From NCBI GenBank assembly GCA_965235115.1, contig OZ249436.1, forward strand, positions 37,264,001 through 37,328,000: a DNA stretch of 64,000 bases, read 5' to 3'. This DNA is from Laetmonice hystrix (Eukaryota). A program made the position numbers and the translations under genes. How positions within the stretch are numbered: the stretch's first letter is position 1; every line of letters starts with the position of its first letter. Below the pieces are notes generated by a model, which saw only the letters and a program-made list of their open reading frames with translations, had not been told where the DNA came from and searched no databases. This document shows, in pieces, positions 40,416 through 53,350 of this stretch.

Positions 40416-43400
40416 ATTCCCCTGAATCCCTTGTAGGTACTAAAGTTTAAAAAATGTAAAAAAGCTGGCGGAAAAAAGCTCATTCTGCGCATAATTATAC
40501 AGTGCTGAAGTAAGGAGCTCCTTTGTGCGGAGACATGAGTATAGGAGGCCATGATAATGCGGTAGAGAGACATAATCCTATCCCCCAGATTAGCAAACTA
40601 AGAGTTGTTTTTTTTATGTATACCACTCGCCATCTCGTTTCATATATTAGCTGTATTATATATATAGGCTGATATAGTTCATCTTGGACAATGTCCAGCA
40701 TATAAAAGCATAAAAAAGTCACTCTTCTTGATGACTGCTCAGGGTATAGGTTATAATACATTGCCACAGACGTACGCATCCATTTAGACCGGTATAACGC
40801 CACACAACGACCCTCTAGCAATTAGCAACACTTCAAACCTTCATTTTTCACAATATCATTACACATCAATGCTTACCTCATTTTATCAATGAACTATTCA
40901 GATTGTCCTCAAACATATTATTCCAATTATCAGAGTTTTCTTTTCTTTGCTGGATGTTAAAACAATGAAGGCAAGTGTTTCTATTGTCACGTCTGTTCCT
41001 TTGTTGCATTAGTACCTTGTGTAAAAGTGACAAGCTTGGCAGATTTCACAGAATAACTGACGTCTTCTACCTGACTTGTCAGTGATGTGTTTCATACAAT
41101 AAGTGGCCGTAATCAAAGGATTATTAATACAAGATGACAGGCGTTAAGATAAGGCAGACAGCCTGTATGCGTGATCATTTGAGCTACCCTTTGTCTCGAT
41201 TTCTCACTGAACGTAAACTGAATTAATTAGGAAGAAAGCTTCATCAGTCGAATTCTATTCGGCGTCCCCTAATTGTCTCGTACGCCTCCATCTACCAGGA
41301 CTGTCGAGACTGGAGAGCAAAATCTAGAAATGTTGTTATACGGGTAATTATTCACGCGACAGAAGGTTTCAAAGAGACGCTGCCAAAGTCTATAATCTTC
41401 TAAATCCAAGACGGCAACAATTTTTGTTATGTTTGTATTGCAAAGGCAATATAGAGAATTCATGAACCTCGATAGGACCGCATATCGTAAAATGTTTGTA
41501 AAACGTAAATATTTACGAAAAAAATAAACGCGATTCAGAATATAATTTTCTTCGTGAAAGGGGGAGGAGATCTTTGCGGGGGTCTTTTATAAATTTATTT
41601 ATTTAGTTATTCAGTTATTTATTATTTACTTTGCTTGTCAGGAATTTTGGAATAAAAAAAAACGAAGTGGTTCCCCCCCCCCCCTAAAAAAAAACCTTAC
41701 AGGACTGCGCTTTTAGTTTGAGGTTGTCCGGTGTTTTACATATAACGACCTTAAAGAGGAGGTAAAGATTTAACAAATTCCAAAATAGACATTCTAAAAA
41801 TATACCTATAGATGTGATAGTGTCCATATCCAGTGTCCACTAGTCACCTCAGTTTGTGGTGATTTCAAACTGAAAACTGCACACAAAATCACCCACTGAA
41901 AAAGACTAGAAGTCTTTCCCCCTATTGTTGGCATATCTGCACTGAGAAGAGTGAGTGAGTATTTATCCGTGTTTCGCGCTTGGAACATCATCGGAGATTG
42001 AGAACCAACACTTAGCTCGGTCTGATTTTCGTGTACACGTTCGCTAAATAGTATACGAATTCAATCCTATAAACATAGGATGTTATTATCTGCAGCATGT
42101 TTGCTAACAGTCAGGTGGTCATTTTATAGCTAGGGGCATTATTTTCTGCAGCTACGTATTTGACCTCCGCTCGAAACGTATAATAAACTAATACTGACAG
42201 TCAACAGAAACGTCCAGGTGCTATATTTTCCCCAAAATTCCCCTGAATCCCTTGTAGGTACTAAAGTTTAAAAAATGTAAAAAAGCTGGCGGAAAAAAGC
42301 TCATTCTGCGCATAATTATACAGTGCTGAAGTAAGGAGCTCCTTTGTGCGGAGACATGAGTATAGGAGGCCATGATAATGCGGTAGAGAGACATAATCCT
42401 ATCCCCCAGATTAGCAAACTAAGAGTTGTTTTTTTTATGTATACCACTCGCCATCTCGTTTCATATATTAGCTGTATTATATATATATAGGCTGATATAG
42501 TTCATCTTGGACAATGTCCAGCATATAAAAGCATAAAAAAGTCACTCTTCTTGATGACTGCTCAGGGTATAGGTTATAATACATTGCCACAGACGTACGC
42601 ATCCATTTAGACCGGTATAACGCCACACAACGACCCTCTAGCAATTAGCAACACTTCAAACCTTCATTTTTCACAATATCATTACACATCAATGCTTACC
42701 TCATTTTATCAATGAACTATTCAGATTGTCCTCAAACATATTATTCCAATTATCAGAGTTTTCTTTTCTTTGCTGGATGTTAAAACAATGAAGGCAAGTG
42801 TTTCTATTGTCACGTCTGTTCCTTTGTTGCATTAGTACCTTGTGTAAAAGTGACAAGCTTGGCAGATTTCACAGAATAACTGACGTCTTCTACCTGACTT
42901 GTCAGTGATGTGTTTCATACAATAAGTGGCCGTAATCAAAGGATTATTAATACAAGATGACAGGCGTTAAGATAAGGCAGACAGCCTGTATGCGTGATCA
43001 TTTGAGCTACCCTTTGTCTCGATTTCTCACTGAACGTAAACTGAATTAATTAGGAAGAAAGCTTCATCAGTCGAATTCTATTCGGCGTCCCCTAATTGTC
43101 TCGTACGCCTCCATCTACCAGGACTGTCGAGACTGGAGAGCAAAATCTAGAAATGTTGTTATACGGGTAATTATTCACGCGACAGAAGGTTTCAAAGAGA
43201 CGCTGCCAAAGTCTATAATCTTCTAAATCCAAGACGGCAACAATTTTTGTTATGTTTGTATTGCAAAGGCAATATAGAGAATTCATGAACCTCGATAGGA
43301 CCGCATATCGTAAAATGTTTGTAAAACGTAAATATTTACGAAAAAAATAAACGCGATTCAGAATATAATTTTCTTCGTGAAAGGGGGAGGAGATCTTTGC

Positions 43401-44060
43401 GGGGGTCTTTTATAAATTTATTTATTTAGTTATTCAGTTATTTATTATTTACTTTGCTTGTCAGGAATTTTGGAATAAAAAAAAACGAAGTGGTTCCCCC
43501 CCCCCCCTAAAAAAAAACCTTACAGGACTGCGCTTTTAGTTTGAGGTTGTCCGGTGTTTTACATATAACGACCTTAAAGAGGAGGTAAAGATTTAACAAA
43601 TTCCAAAATAGACATTCTAAAAATATACCTATAGATGTGATAGTGTCCATATCCAGTGTCCACTAGTCACCTCAGTTTGTGGTGATTTCAAACTGAAAAC
43701 TGCACACAAAATCACCCACTGAAAAAGACTAGAAGTCTTTCCCCCTATTGTTGGCATATCTGCACTGAGAAGAGTGAGTGAGTATTTATCCGTGTTTCGC
43801 GCTTGGAACATCATCGGAGATTGAGAACCAACACTTAGCTCGGTCTGATTTTCGTGTACACGTTCGCTAAATAGTATACGAATTCAATCCTATAAACATA
43901 GGATGTTATTATCTGCAGCATGTTTGCTAACAGTCAGGTGGTCATTTTATAGCTAGGGGCATTATTTTCTGCAGCTACGTATTTGACCTCCGCTCGAAAC
44001 GTATAATAAACTAATACTGACAGTCAACAGAAACGTCCAGGTGCTATATTTTCCCCAAAA
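40416..44060. repeat. Head-to-tail tandem duplication of ~1.82 kb (40416-42237 and 42237-44060)
   Basis: Both copies start ATTCCCCTGAATCCCTTGTAGG and end CTATATTTTCCCCAAAA. Identical ORFs are offset by 1823 nt. The only difference I spotted is (TA)5 versus (TA)6. Confidence 0.97.
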
Positions 44061-44256
44061 CGGTCATGACTGGTCCAAGCTTCCTTAAATATTGAACCAG
44101 ACAACCAGGTGTGATGTCCAACCCCTCAACCCCCAGTAGGGTGCCATTACTCTCCATCAGTCATTGGGTCAGCATTACCATGGCGCGATTATCAAGAGAT
44201 GAATGTTTGCGAGCCCTGACCACAGACAACAAGAACAGACAACAGCGTCTCACTGC

Positions 44257-44378
44257 CCTGTTTCAATAAGCGCGTCCGTCCGTCCGACTAGCGATGGACA
44301 GTCCGTCGCTTGGTTGTAGGGCCTGTAATTTTTGGTCCGTCGCCGGTCGGACGGTCCGACGCGTTTATTGAAACACCC
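44257..44378. mobile_element. Short foldback MITE
   Basis: TGTTTCAATAAGCGCGTCCGTCCGTCCGAC pairs with GTCGGACGGTCCGACGCGTTTATTGAAACA. Confidence 0.75.
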
Positions 44379-44693
44379 ACCTGGGGATTCGTACATCATT
44401 AACAGCATGAGACCACGACTGACATCGTTCATGGCTGCACGTAGTGGACACACACGCACATTATTAGACAGTGTTTCTAATTGTCTGTGATGTATTTGCT
44501 TTGATTATATGTCAGTATATGTAAATTCTGGGTGGAAATATTACCTGAACGTTTCTTTTGACCGTCAATATTGTTTCTACTTTTTGCGAGGCCTCCCTTC
44601 CGTCTTTTTCCGTAATAAAAAAAATATATTTCGAATGGTGTTATTTTTTATTTTCTGCGTGAATTTTTACGTTGTGCGAAGATTGTACGATAA

Positions 44694-44920
44694 TCCCTCC
44701 CTGCCTCCCTGCCTCCCTGCCTCCCTGCCTCCCTCCCTGTCTCCCTCCCTGTCTCCCTCCCTCCCTCCCTGCCTCCCTGCCTCCCTCCCTCCCTGTCTCC
44801 CTCCCTGCCTCCCTCCCTGTCTCGGTCTCAGTGTGTCTCTTTGTTTCTGTCTTGTTTTTCTTTATCTCCCTCTCTCTTTCCCTGTCTGTCTGTCTCTGTC
44901 TGTCTCTAATCTCTCTCTCT
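44694..44920. repeat. Pyrimidine-rich (CCCT/CCTG/CTGT)n microsatellite
   Basis: Directly visible. Gives spurious LPP/GGR ORFs. Confidence 0.9.
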
Positions 44921-45435
44921 TTGGTTAAACCGCAGCATGTGATCATTATGCTATTTAATACTTCTTTTAAATACGAATCCTTTTCCTTTTCTTGCAGACT
45001 TCTCAAATTTCTCCATCCCCGCCACCAACAGAAAACACCTGAGCTGTCACCACCCCCACCCCCACCCCCCTCCGGTCTGGGCTGGAATTCACGTTTCTAT
45101 TGATTATTAAAGTCAGGGTGAAACCATAAAGATTATCCTCGACATAATGTATGCACGACGCCTTTATTTTATTAAAACTTTGTCGCCTGAGGGTAAGAAG
45201 AAACGGACTTATACATAAGGTGCTCTGGAAAAAAGCAAACCTTCAACAACCCGGCCATTTTTAGCAACCTTATATCGAGAATGGTCGGACGTCTTCAGAG
45301 CGCAATATCCGCGTAGAACATCCGTATGAAGGACACCCAGCGCAGCAGGTCGCCACACGACTGATCGACACCTGTCAACTGACCTTCGATCTCCCTGCCA
45401 GGTCGCCTACCGTAGTACGTGGACAAGTTAATGCC

Positions 45436-45703
45436 GCGGGGCCTCGGGTGGCCGAGTGGTCTAAGGTGTCGGCTCCATCATGACACCCAGGACCATCGCC
45501 TCACACCGCTGCGACCCGGGTTCGATTCCCGGCCTGGGCTGCATGTGTGAAAGGTTTGTCAGTCAGTTCCTTCCCGAAGGTCGGTGGTTTCCTCCGGGTA
45601 CTCCGGTTTCCTCCACCAAGAAAAACTGACTTTCATCTCATCTTCACCGCCGTGATATGACCCTGGCTGTTGCAAGGCGTAAAACCCCAAATACCCACCC
45701 ACC
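45436..45703 (+). mobile_element. Full-length tRNA-derived SINE with V-domain-like conserved core and 12-bp TSD
   Basis: A box TGGCCGAGTGG (45449), B box GGTTCGATTCC (45519), core GGTCGGTGGTTTCCTCCGGGTACTCCGGTTTCCTCCACCA, tail (ACCC)n. TSD CAAGTTAATGCC at 45424-45435 and 45704-45715. Confidence 0.92.
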
Positions 45704-47001
45704 CAAGTTAATGCCCCCCCCCCCCTCATCACACGCGCTTCTTGCCAATCCCCGCCGGCGGAATCCATCCAACACAAAGAGATTCCATCAACAAGGCATA
45801 ATCCTCAGCCTCATCACTCTCGATTATGTCGTATCCCTTTTTGAAGTTGACGTTGTGGCATGGACCTGCGTTGTACGTGAGTGGGTGGGTGGTTGTGGCA
45901 TTCAGGCGCGAAGTCCTCACAATTACATCACAGGAGCTATAACCTTACGAAGGGAACAGACCGACCTAATGCTCGATACGGGTCCGCAAAATATCAAGGC
46001 GATTTGCAATCGTCTACTTAACTAAATGCCATTGTAAAGATGGGACTTCCAACTTTCAAGGAAAGCCTTTCGATGTGCCACGTTAAGAGATGATAATACA
46101 GCAACGCGATCAAGTGGCACTTTCGACGTTCATGTTCAGTGTGTCATTTTGTATAGGACGGCCTCCCGCCAGTTGACTTGTGAGGCTTGCAGCGTCCGTG
46201 GACGACTTGCTGACGTCATCAAGGTAGTGTGGGTCTATGATCACGGATGCATTACGCGCTGTTTGAGTACGACGGCCAGATGGGAACCACCAGTGGTGTT
46301 ACATTGCAGCCCGCGCTGGTATACCCGCCCAAAGTGCTCATTTTAGTAGACTACTTAAAGGCTATTACAGGCAACTTTGCTGTTCTCTTTTGACAACCGT
46401 CGATTCCAGTCCGCGTTTCCTTAATTAACGTTTCCGTGCAACCGTGATGGCGGAAGCTGTCTAACACACGGGAGTTATAAACTGTATTGGGCATGCCCCT
46501 TTAATTATACCCATTGCGTGTCTACCGATTCAATAGAGACAGACAACATTAGTTTTGCCAATACAATTCCGCCCATGTCCCGTTATAGGCAGGTGTTCCG
46601 ATAGGTCAAAGCACTAGCCCGCCGCAATATACCATTAAGCGGCCTAATTAAAGGTTAATAGGCTGTTCTAATGATACATATGCTGCCCAGTGTAAGTATG
46701 CTTATTTGAATTCACTGCATGCATTGGAGTTGTATTCTGTTAATTATTTCTGCAAAATTTCACTAGTTTTGGGAAATGAATATGTGTTTCCTCCACTCAC
46801 TATGGTCAAAACCTGTACCACGCCCACAAAATTTTAAAGAAAACAAAAACATTGTGCACTGCCGTTTAAAAAAAGGCCTTGTTATCTCGCCTTCTGGCCT
46901 ATCACGCACCTCTGTTGCTGCATGTGGAGTTTCAAATTATATGACAAAAAAAATGTATACGCAGGAGAACTCCAATCGCAAAATGTCGCAGAGGATATAT
47001 C

Positions 47002-47048
47002 AGAGAGAGCGAGAGCGAGAGCGAGAGCGAGAGCGAGAGCGAGAGAGG
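47002..47048. repeat. (GAGAGC)n microsatellite
   Basis: Directly visible. Confidence 0.9.
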
Positions 47049-48130
47049 GGGAGAAGGTAATGTTGTTTTGTGTACAGTCAAACTGCAGGTAGCGTGAAAG
47101 GAGCCACTCAAAGGTTGTGAAGGAACTAATGAAGTTTTCACCTGAATAAATGTCGAGCTTACGTTAAGGATGGCTGCTGTAAACAGACTCTCGTAGGTAG
47201 CTATACCGGCTGTCTTAGCCATGTATGCGTCAATAAAAATGCTAAGTAGACGTGTACAAAGATTAACTCACTACTAGTGGTAACAAACGATAAGGCCATG
47301 AAATACTATACACCGCATGCGCAAATACTGCCATCATACTCGATTGCGAACTGGTTGCATACCTGTTGTGGCATTGTCTTCACAGTATGGCTGGCGCTTT
47401 GCAATTGCTTCATTACTATTATGTAGGTTGGACTTTAAGGCATAATGTGCAGCAGTCTTTTGATATCGTCTCGGTACACACCAAGACAGTATGAATCAAT
47501 GCACCGAAGAACAGTACGGTTACATACAGAGTCACGACTGCCGATAGGCCCCGTGGAATGTCGCTGATTTGGTGTTCTGCCAATCTCTGCATGATGCCTG
47601 TTGCAGGAGAGAACCCTATGATGTAATCATGCAATAACTAGGGTTTATTGCAGCTAACCGACTTGTAGCATAACAGAACTCTCAAAGACTCACTTAGCAG
47701 CAGGCTTATAGTGAATTGTTACCGGCTGTGGACTCTGGAAGAAGGGTGCGAAAAGCCTTCAAGGACATGATACTGCAGCGTGTAACCCATGTCAAATCAA
47801 TATGACGCTGGGTTGCTGCAGGGTGGTGGCCTTCCGGCTAAATTAAGGCCGGAGTCCACTCTGATTGCACTGGCCACACCAACACGTCACACCAACACGT
47901 CACAAGTCGAGGTCGCAGCATTTTTTACGCCATCGAAAAAAAAACCTGTGGCTACATGGCAAGGTCGGTAAAAGTTGCAAAACAAATCCGGTGTCTTTGT
48001 TCTTTTCCCCACTGTTTGGGTGGGAGAGGGATTTGATAAGGGTAGGAGAAGAGAAGAACTCCGGGTTATTATTATCCCATTCACCTTCTAGGTGAATGGG
48101 ATTTTGAAATTGTATGGTTTCATCTTCCTT

Positions 48131-51100
48131 TTTATTATCCCTTCCCCCGATAGGGGAAGGGATCTTGAAATTGTCTGGTTTCGTCTTCCTTATTTTTATG
48201 CCTGTAGTAGTCGTGGTCGTCGTCGTAGTAGTAGTAGTAGTAAACCTATACGTATATCTCAGTCATTTTTGAAGATATCTCAATGAAACTTGGGATATGG
48301 CTTGACGGTGACAAACTCTGATCTCATGGTGCGTCATGACGTCACGTGACGTCACGTCATGACGTGATAACGTAAAACGTGTTTTGTGCATTAAAGGCAT
48401 TTTTGAACCTTATCTTGGGAATTTCCAAAACCTGTTGTTGCTTTATAGTCAGGCAAGGTTGTTGCATAATTTGGACCCTTCATTTGACCTTTGACCTTTG
48501 AACTTAGGAAGACCTGGGTGCTAGCTCACAAATCGCTTAAATCATATCTCCTTCCCCATTTTTTTATAAAATTTGACTATATTTGGCAGAAGCATTCTCT
48601 AGGGAGAGCTCCACTAGATTCCTGGGCGGCTAAGCGATTTGACCTATTTTGGCTGAACCACGTGACCTAAAAGTTTAGAACTTGGGCTTGACTTCGGTCA
48701 TTTCGAAGATTCTGTGCTGTAACTCTTGAATGATTTGAGACAGAGCCATAATTTTTAATGAACCTTAGAAAGTTTTATGTCTACTTTAATTAGGTACCAT
48801 ATTTTTTGTGCCACGTGAATTGTGACGTCATCTACAACGTCATCTACAACGTAATCTCTTTCTTAATTTGGGGCACGTCTCAACTACGGGACAATAAGCT
48901 CAGCGTTTTAATATTTACACGGTGTGGACTTTAAACTGTCTACTTTAAGATATTATAAATTTCAATTGGCAAAATATATAATTAACAATACGGAGATCAA
49001 TTATATAAGAGAAGGTCGTGAAGAGAGACAGGCAATTTGACCACTGATCGAGTGACCTAGAAACCTGGTTTCGTGAGTGATGTCAGGGCCTCGCTCGGTG
49101 TCCGCGTGAAGGGGGCCGACTGCGGACGCTGAGCCTATCGGCCTCTGTATTAATAAGTATCTAATATTTCTGCCTAAAACTATGGGGAGTACTTCAGGTA
49201 CATATTTAGCTCAATGTCAGGCAACTTTGAAAAGAAGATTCCAAGTCTCGGAAGGGAACTCGCCATGTGAAGACCGAAGCTATTTACTAACAAATCTCAG
49301 CAATGGCGTTCTCCATAACGTTAGTAAGTCCAAACTGCAGACAGTGGCGTATAATTATGCTGTATGTTTCGTCATTAAACGTGAAATATAGCTGTAAATT
49401 ATCTGTAGCCAAATGACTGGCAATTATCAAGGGGAGAAACATAATATTTTTCAAATTCAGGACTCTACTTCGAAAAAAAATGACTTGATGGGGAATCGAA
49501 CGCCAGACCTGTCGCATATTGTCATTATTGAGCATATACTCTGCTAAAGAGCTATTACGTTCTGTTGGATGCTACTGCTTTGAATTGCTACTGATGCCTG
49601 TCTTTGTAAATATTTAATGTAGACTTTTGCTTTGAAAGTCGATGTATAGATTAAACATTTATAGCTCCTTGTGTATAACGTTTGAATAAGTATGGCTGCG
49701 TTTTGGCTAAGGAAATGGCTAGAGTAAGAAATCAAAAACCCATCTTGTTAGCACACAATCAACGGTGGGGTGGGGGGGGGGGGGGTTGGGGGGCGAAGTT
49801 TGACACCAGGTAGCAGCACGTCTCGACTATACACTGTCCTCACGCTAGGGGGCCGGGCCCTGGCGGCGGCAGATGGAGTGAGCAGTTCTAAGTATACTAT
49901 ACTATCCCTGACCCTGTTCCTTTGCCTCCATCAAGGTTGTGAATAAACATAATTATTGTATTGTATTGAATTGAGAATATCTGGGCCAGGGATGGTCACA
50001 TATCAATATGTCGGCTAAATATCAGGGACCCCCTACCTTCCACATCTATTGGGACTCACTCAATAGGCCTATTAAATATGAGGGACCCCCTACCTGCCAC
50101 ATATCGCCCCTTTCTACCACATGGCGATATGTGGCAGCCCCTGACCCGGGCGAGGCGTGCTGCGACCTGGTGCTTAACATTGAAACTAGAGAAATGGCAT
50201 GTGACCTAAATGGCATGTGATATTGAATTTGGATAATAGCCATTTTTAAGAAACAAATGACTGTAACTCTGAAACCGTCTAATACTGAACATGAATAGTA
50301 AGTCATAGATACTCTTTCAATTGACACCAACATTTTTACCTATCGTGATGTATGAACTATGACGTCATAGTGACGTCATTCACATTTTCTAAGGTTTTCA
50401 GAGGTCTGTAACTCCTAAACGGTGCTAGATAAGACCATAGTTACTATTAAACACGAATAGGAACTCATGGATGCTCTTTCAAATAACACCAACATTTACG
50501 TCATATGACGTGACGTCATGACGTAATTTGATGTTTTGGGAAGTACCTCATTGTACCACATTGTACCAGTCCCGTGATCAGTTAGAGAAACTTCATTCAT
50601 AGCACCCAGCTTGCCTCTTGACGGGGAATCATTTTATTTATCAATTTGACCTCTGACCCTTGACATTCTTGAGATCTAGGTTACAGGTCAAAATGTGACT
50701 ATTTCGATACTCCTCTCACAATTTTTGACAAATCGAGCCCAAATTGATACCAGGGAATCTCCATAGTATTCCCCAAAGGCCCGGGATCAGACTAGGTGTT
50801 GTGCCCTATTTTTAGCATACCACGTGACATCGGAATTGGGTCATAGCCATTGGCTGTAACTCTGAAACCGTGTAAGATAGAGCCATGGTTACTATTGAAC
50901 ATGAATAGGAAGTCATATATGCTCCAAAGAGTGTAGAATGATCTTTCAATTGACACCAAGATTTATGACGTCATGTGACGTATACCGTCATAATGACGTC
51001 ATCAGCATTTTCAGAGGCCTATAACTCTTAAACTGTGCTAGATAGGGCCATTGTTACTATTGAACACGAATAGGAACTCATAGATGCTCTTTCAAATGAC

Positions 51101-52029
51101 ACCAAGATTTACGTCATATGACCTGACGTCATGACGTAATTTGGTGTTTTGGGAAGTACCTCATTGTGCCTCATTGTACCAGTCCCATGATCAGTTAGAG
51201 AAAATTCATTCATAGCACTTAGCTTGCAACTTGAGAGGGAATAATTTTATTCAACAATTTGACCTCTGACCTTTGACCTTCTTGAAATCTAGGTTACAGC
51301 TCAAAATGTGACTAATTCGCCTCTCCTCCAACAAATTTTGACAAATCGAGCCCAAATTGATACCAGGGAATCTCCATGGGGTTTCCCAGATCCCCGGGAT
51401 CAGACTAAGGGCTGGGCACTATTTTTAGCATACCATGTGACATCGAAATTGGGTCATATCCATTTTTGAGAAACAAATGGCGGTAACTCTGAAACGGTGT
51501 AAGATAGAGCCATGGTTACTATTGAACATGAATAAGAAGTCATATATGCTCTTTCGAATGCCACCAACCTTTTTGACCTATCATCACGTATGACGTCATA
51601 ATGACGTCGTTGCCATTTTCTAAGGATTTTCAGAGGCCTGTAACTCCTAAACGGTGCTAGATACGATCATAGTTACTATTGAACCCGAATAGGAACTCAT
51701 AGATGCTCTTTTCAGTGACCAAGACTTATGACGTCGTGTGACGTATAACGTCATAATGACCTCATAATACACCAATGCCAGTTGTGCCATTGTTATAGCC
51801 ATACTAATCGCCATGTCTGGTTTTGGCTAGGTACACGTCATGGCTAGGTACACGTCACGTAGTTGTACACGTCATGGCTAGGTGCACGTCATGTACATAA
51901 ATGGGAAATGGGATCTGGTGTTGCCTAGCAACACCTATTGCCTCGTTATCATTATTTTTATTATTGCTTAATTGTTCCTCGTCATGGGAAGGGATCCCTG
52001 TATTGCTTTAGCAATCAGTCGGGCTAGTT
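48131..52029 (+). mobile_element. Inner HINE-like element nested in the outer one
   Basis: 5' hairpin ATCCCTTCCCC-cgata-GGGGAAGGGAT (48137-48163), (GTA/GTC)n microsatellite and the same core motifs. 3' subTIR GGGAAGGGAT (51986-51995), hairpin ATTGCT-tt-AGCAAT and CTAGTT. Confidence 0.75.
50200..51780 (+). repeat. Satellite array with ~160-bp subunits in a ~610-bp higher-order repeat (inside the HINE nest)
   Basis: GAATAGGAA(G/C)TCAT recurs at about 50295, 50457, 50904, 51069, 51531 and 51688. The block ATTGTACCAGTCCC.TGATCAGTTAGAGAAA...TTGACAAATCGAGCCCAAATTGATACCAGGGAATCTCCAT repeats with a ~612-nt offset. Confidence 0.85.
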
Positions 52030-52519
52030 ATTCCCGTAGTAGTAGTAGTAGTAGTAGTAGTTCCGTTAACTTTGGTATTGTTTTTCAAGATATCTCAATG
52101 AAACTTGGCACATAGGTTGGCCATGGTAAGGTAAGTTGACCATTTGACCCATGACGTCATATGACGTAACGTCATGACGTAATGACGTAAAAACGGTTCC
52201 AGATATATAGTACTGTATTTCATGGTAAATTAGACTTTTTTAAAAACCATTGCCATCATCATTATTGGACAGGTGGCTAGTATAATTATAGGGGGCAGTT
52301 TGACCTTTGACCTTTGACCCATATGAGAACTAGGTCAAAATAAAGAAATCACTTAAATCTTTTCAACTCCCTCAAATTTAAAAGAAATTCAATGAAACTG
52401 AACTCATGGAAGAACATCAGTGGGCTCAGTTCAGGAACGTCGGGAATAAGCGATCTGACCTATATTAAGCGAGTCACGTGACCTCAAAGTTGAGGAAAAC
52501 TGGTCAGAAGTCGGTATTT

Positions 52520-53350
52520 GGATATAACTCAAGAACGGTCCAAGATAGAGGCAAAGTTACTATAGAACACGTATAGGAAGTCATATATCCTCTTTCATTA
52601 TGCACCTTTATTTTTCAGGTCACGTGACCTATGACGTCATACCTAGATTACCTATATTTTCCCAGGGCTATAACTTGTAAATGGTTGAAGATAGAGCCTT
52701 AGTTACTATTAAACACTAATAGGAAGTCATATATGCTCTTTCATTTGCCACCATTATTTTTCAGGTCACGTGACCTATGACGTCATCATGAGGTCACCTA
52801 TATTTTGTCAGGGTTATAACTTCTAAATGGTTGAAGATACAGTCAAGGTTACTATTAAACACGAATAGGAAGTCATATATGATCTTTCATTATACAGCTT
52901 TATTTTCAGGTCACGTGACCTGATGATGTTAAGGATGTGACCTGTATTTTACCAGGGCTATAACTTGTAAATGGTTGAAGATAGAGCCATAGCTACTATT
53001 AAACACAAATAGGAAGTCATATATGGTCTTTAATTATTCGTCTTTATTTTTCAGGTCACGTGACCTATGACGTCATAATGACGTCACCTATATTTTCTCA
53101 GGGTTATAACTTCTAAATGGTTAAAGATACAGCCAAGTTTACTATTAAACACTAATAGGAAGTCATATATGATCTTTCATTATACAGCTTTATTTTCAGG
53201 TCACGTGACCTAATGTCGTTATAAGGAGGTGACCTATATTTTCCAAGGACTATAACTGGTAAATGGTTGAAGATAGAGCCATAGTCACTATTAAACACTA
53301 ATAGGAAGTCATCGTTCCTTTGGCACAATATTTTTGGGGTCACGTGACCT
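52520..53350 (+). repeat. ~146-bp tandem satellite, ~6 monomers, internal to the outer HINE
   Basis: ATAGGAAGTCAT at 52573, 52719, 52865, 53009, 53155 and 53301. Each monomer carries GGTCACGTGACC. Confidence 0.92.

Noticed and set aside
41269..43814. Duplicated small ORFs suggesting paired genes or LTRs
   Set aside because: They are by-products of the tandem duplication. The copies abut directly with no internal retroelement domain.
44509..45103. Pro-rich and GGR-rich ORFs
   Set aside because: Translations of a CCCT/CCTG microsatellite.
45436..45540. tRNA gene
   Set aside because: A and B boxes are present, but the sequence runs into a SINE core and tail with TSDs and gives no proper cloverleaf or acceptor stem.
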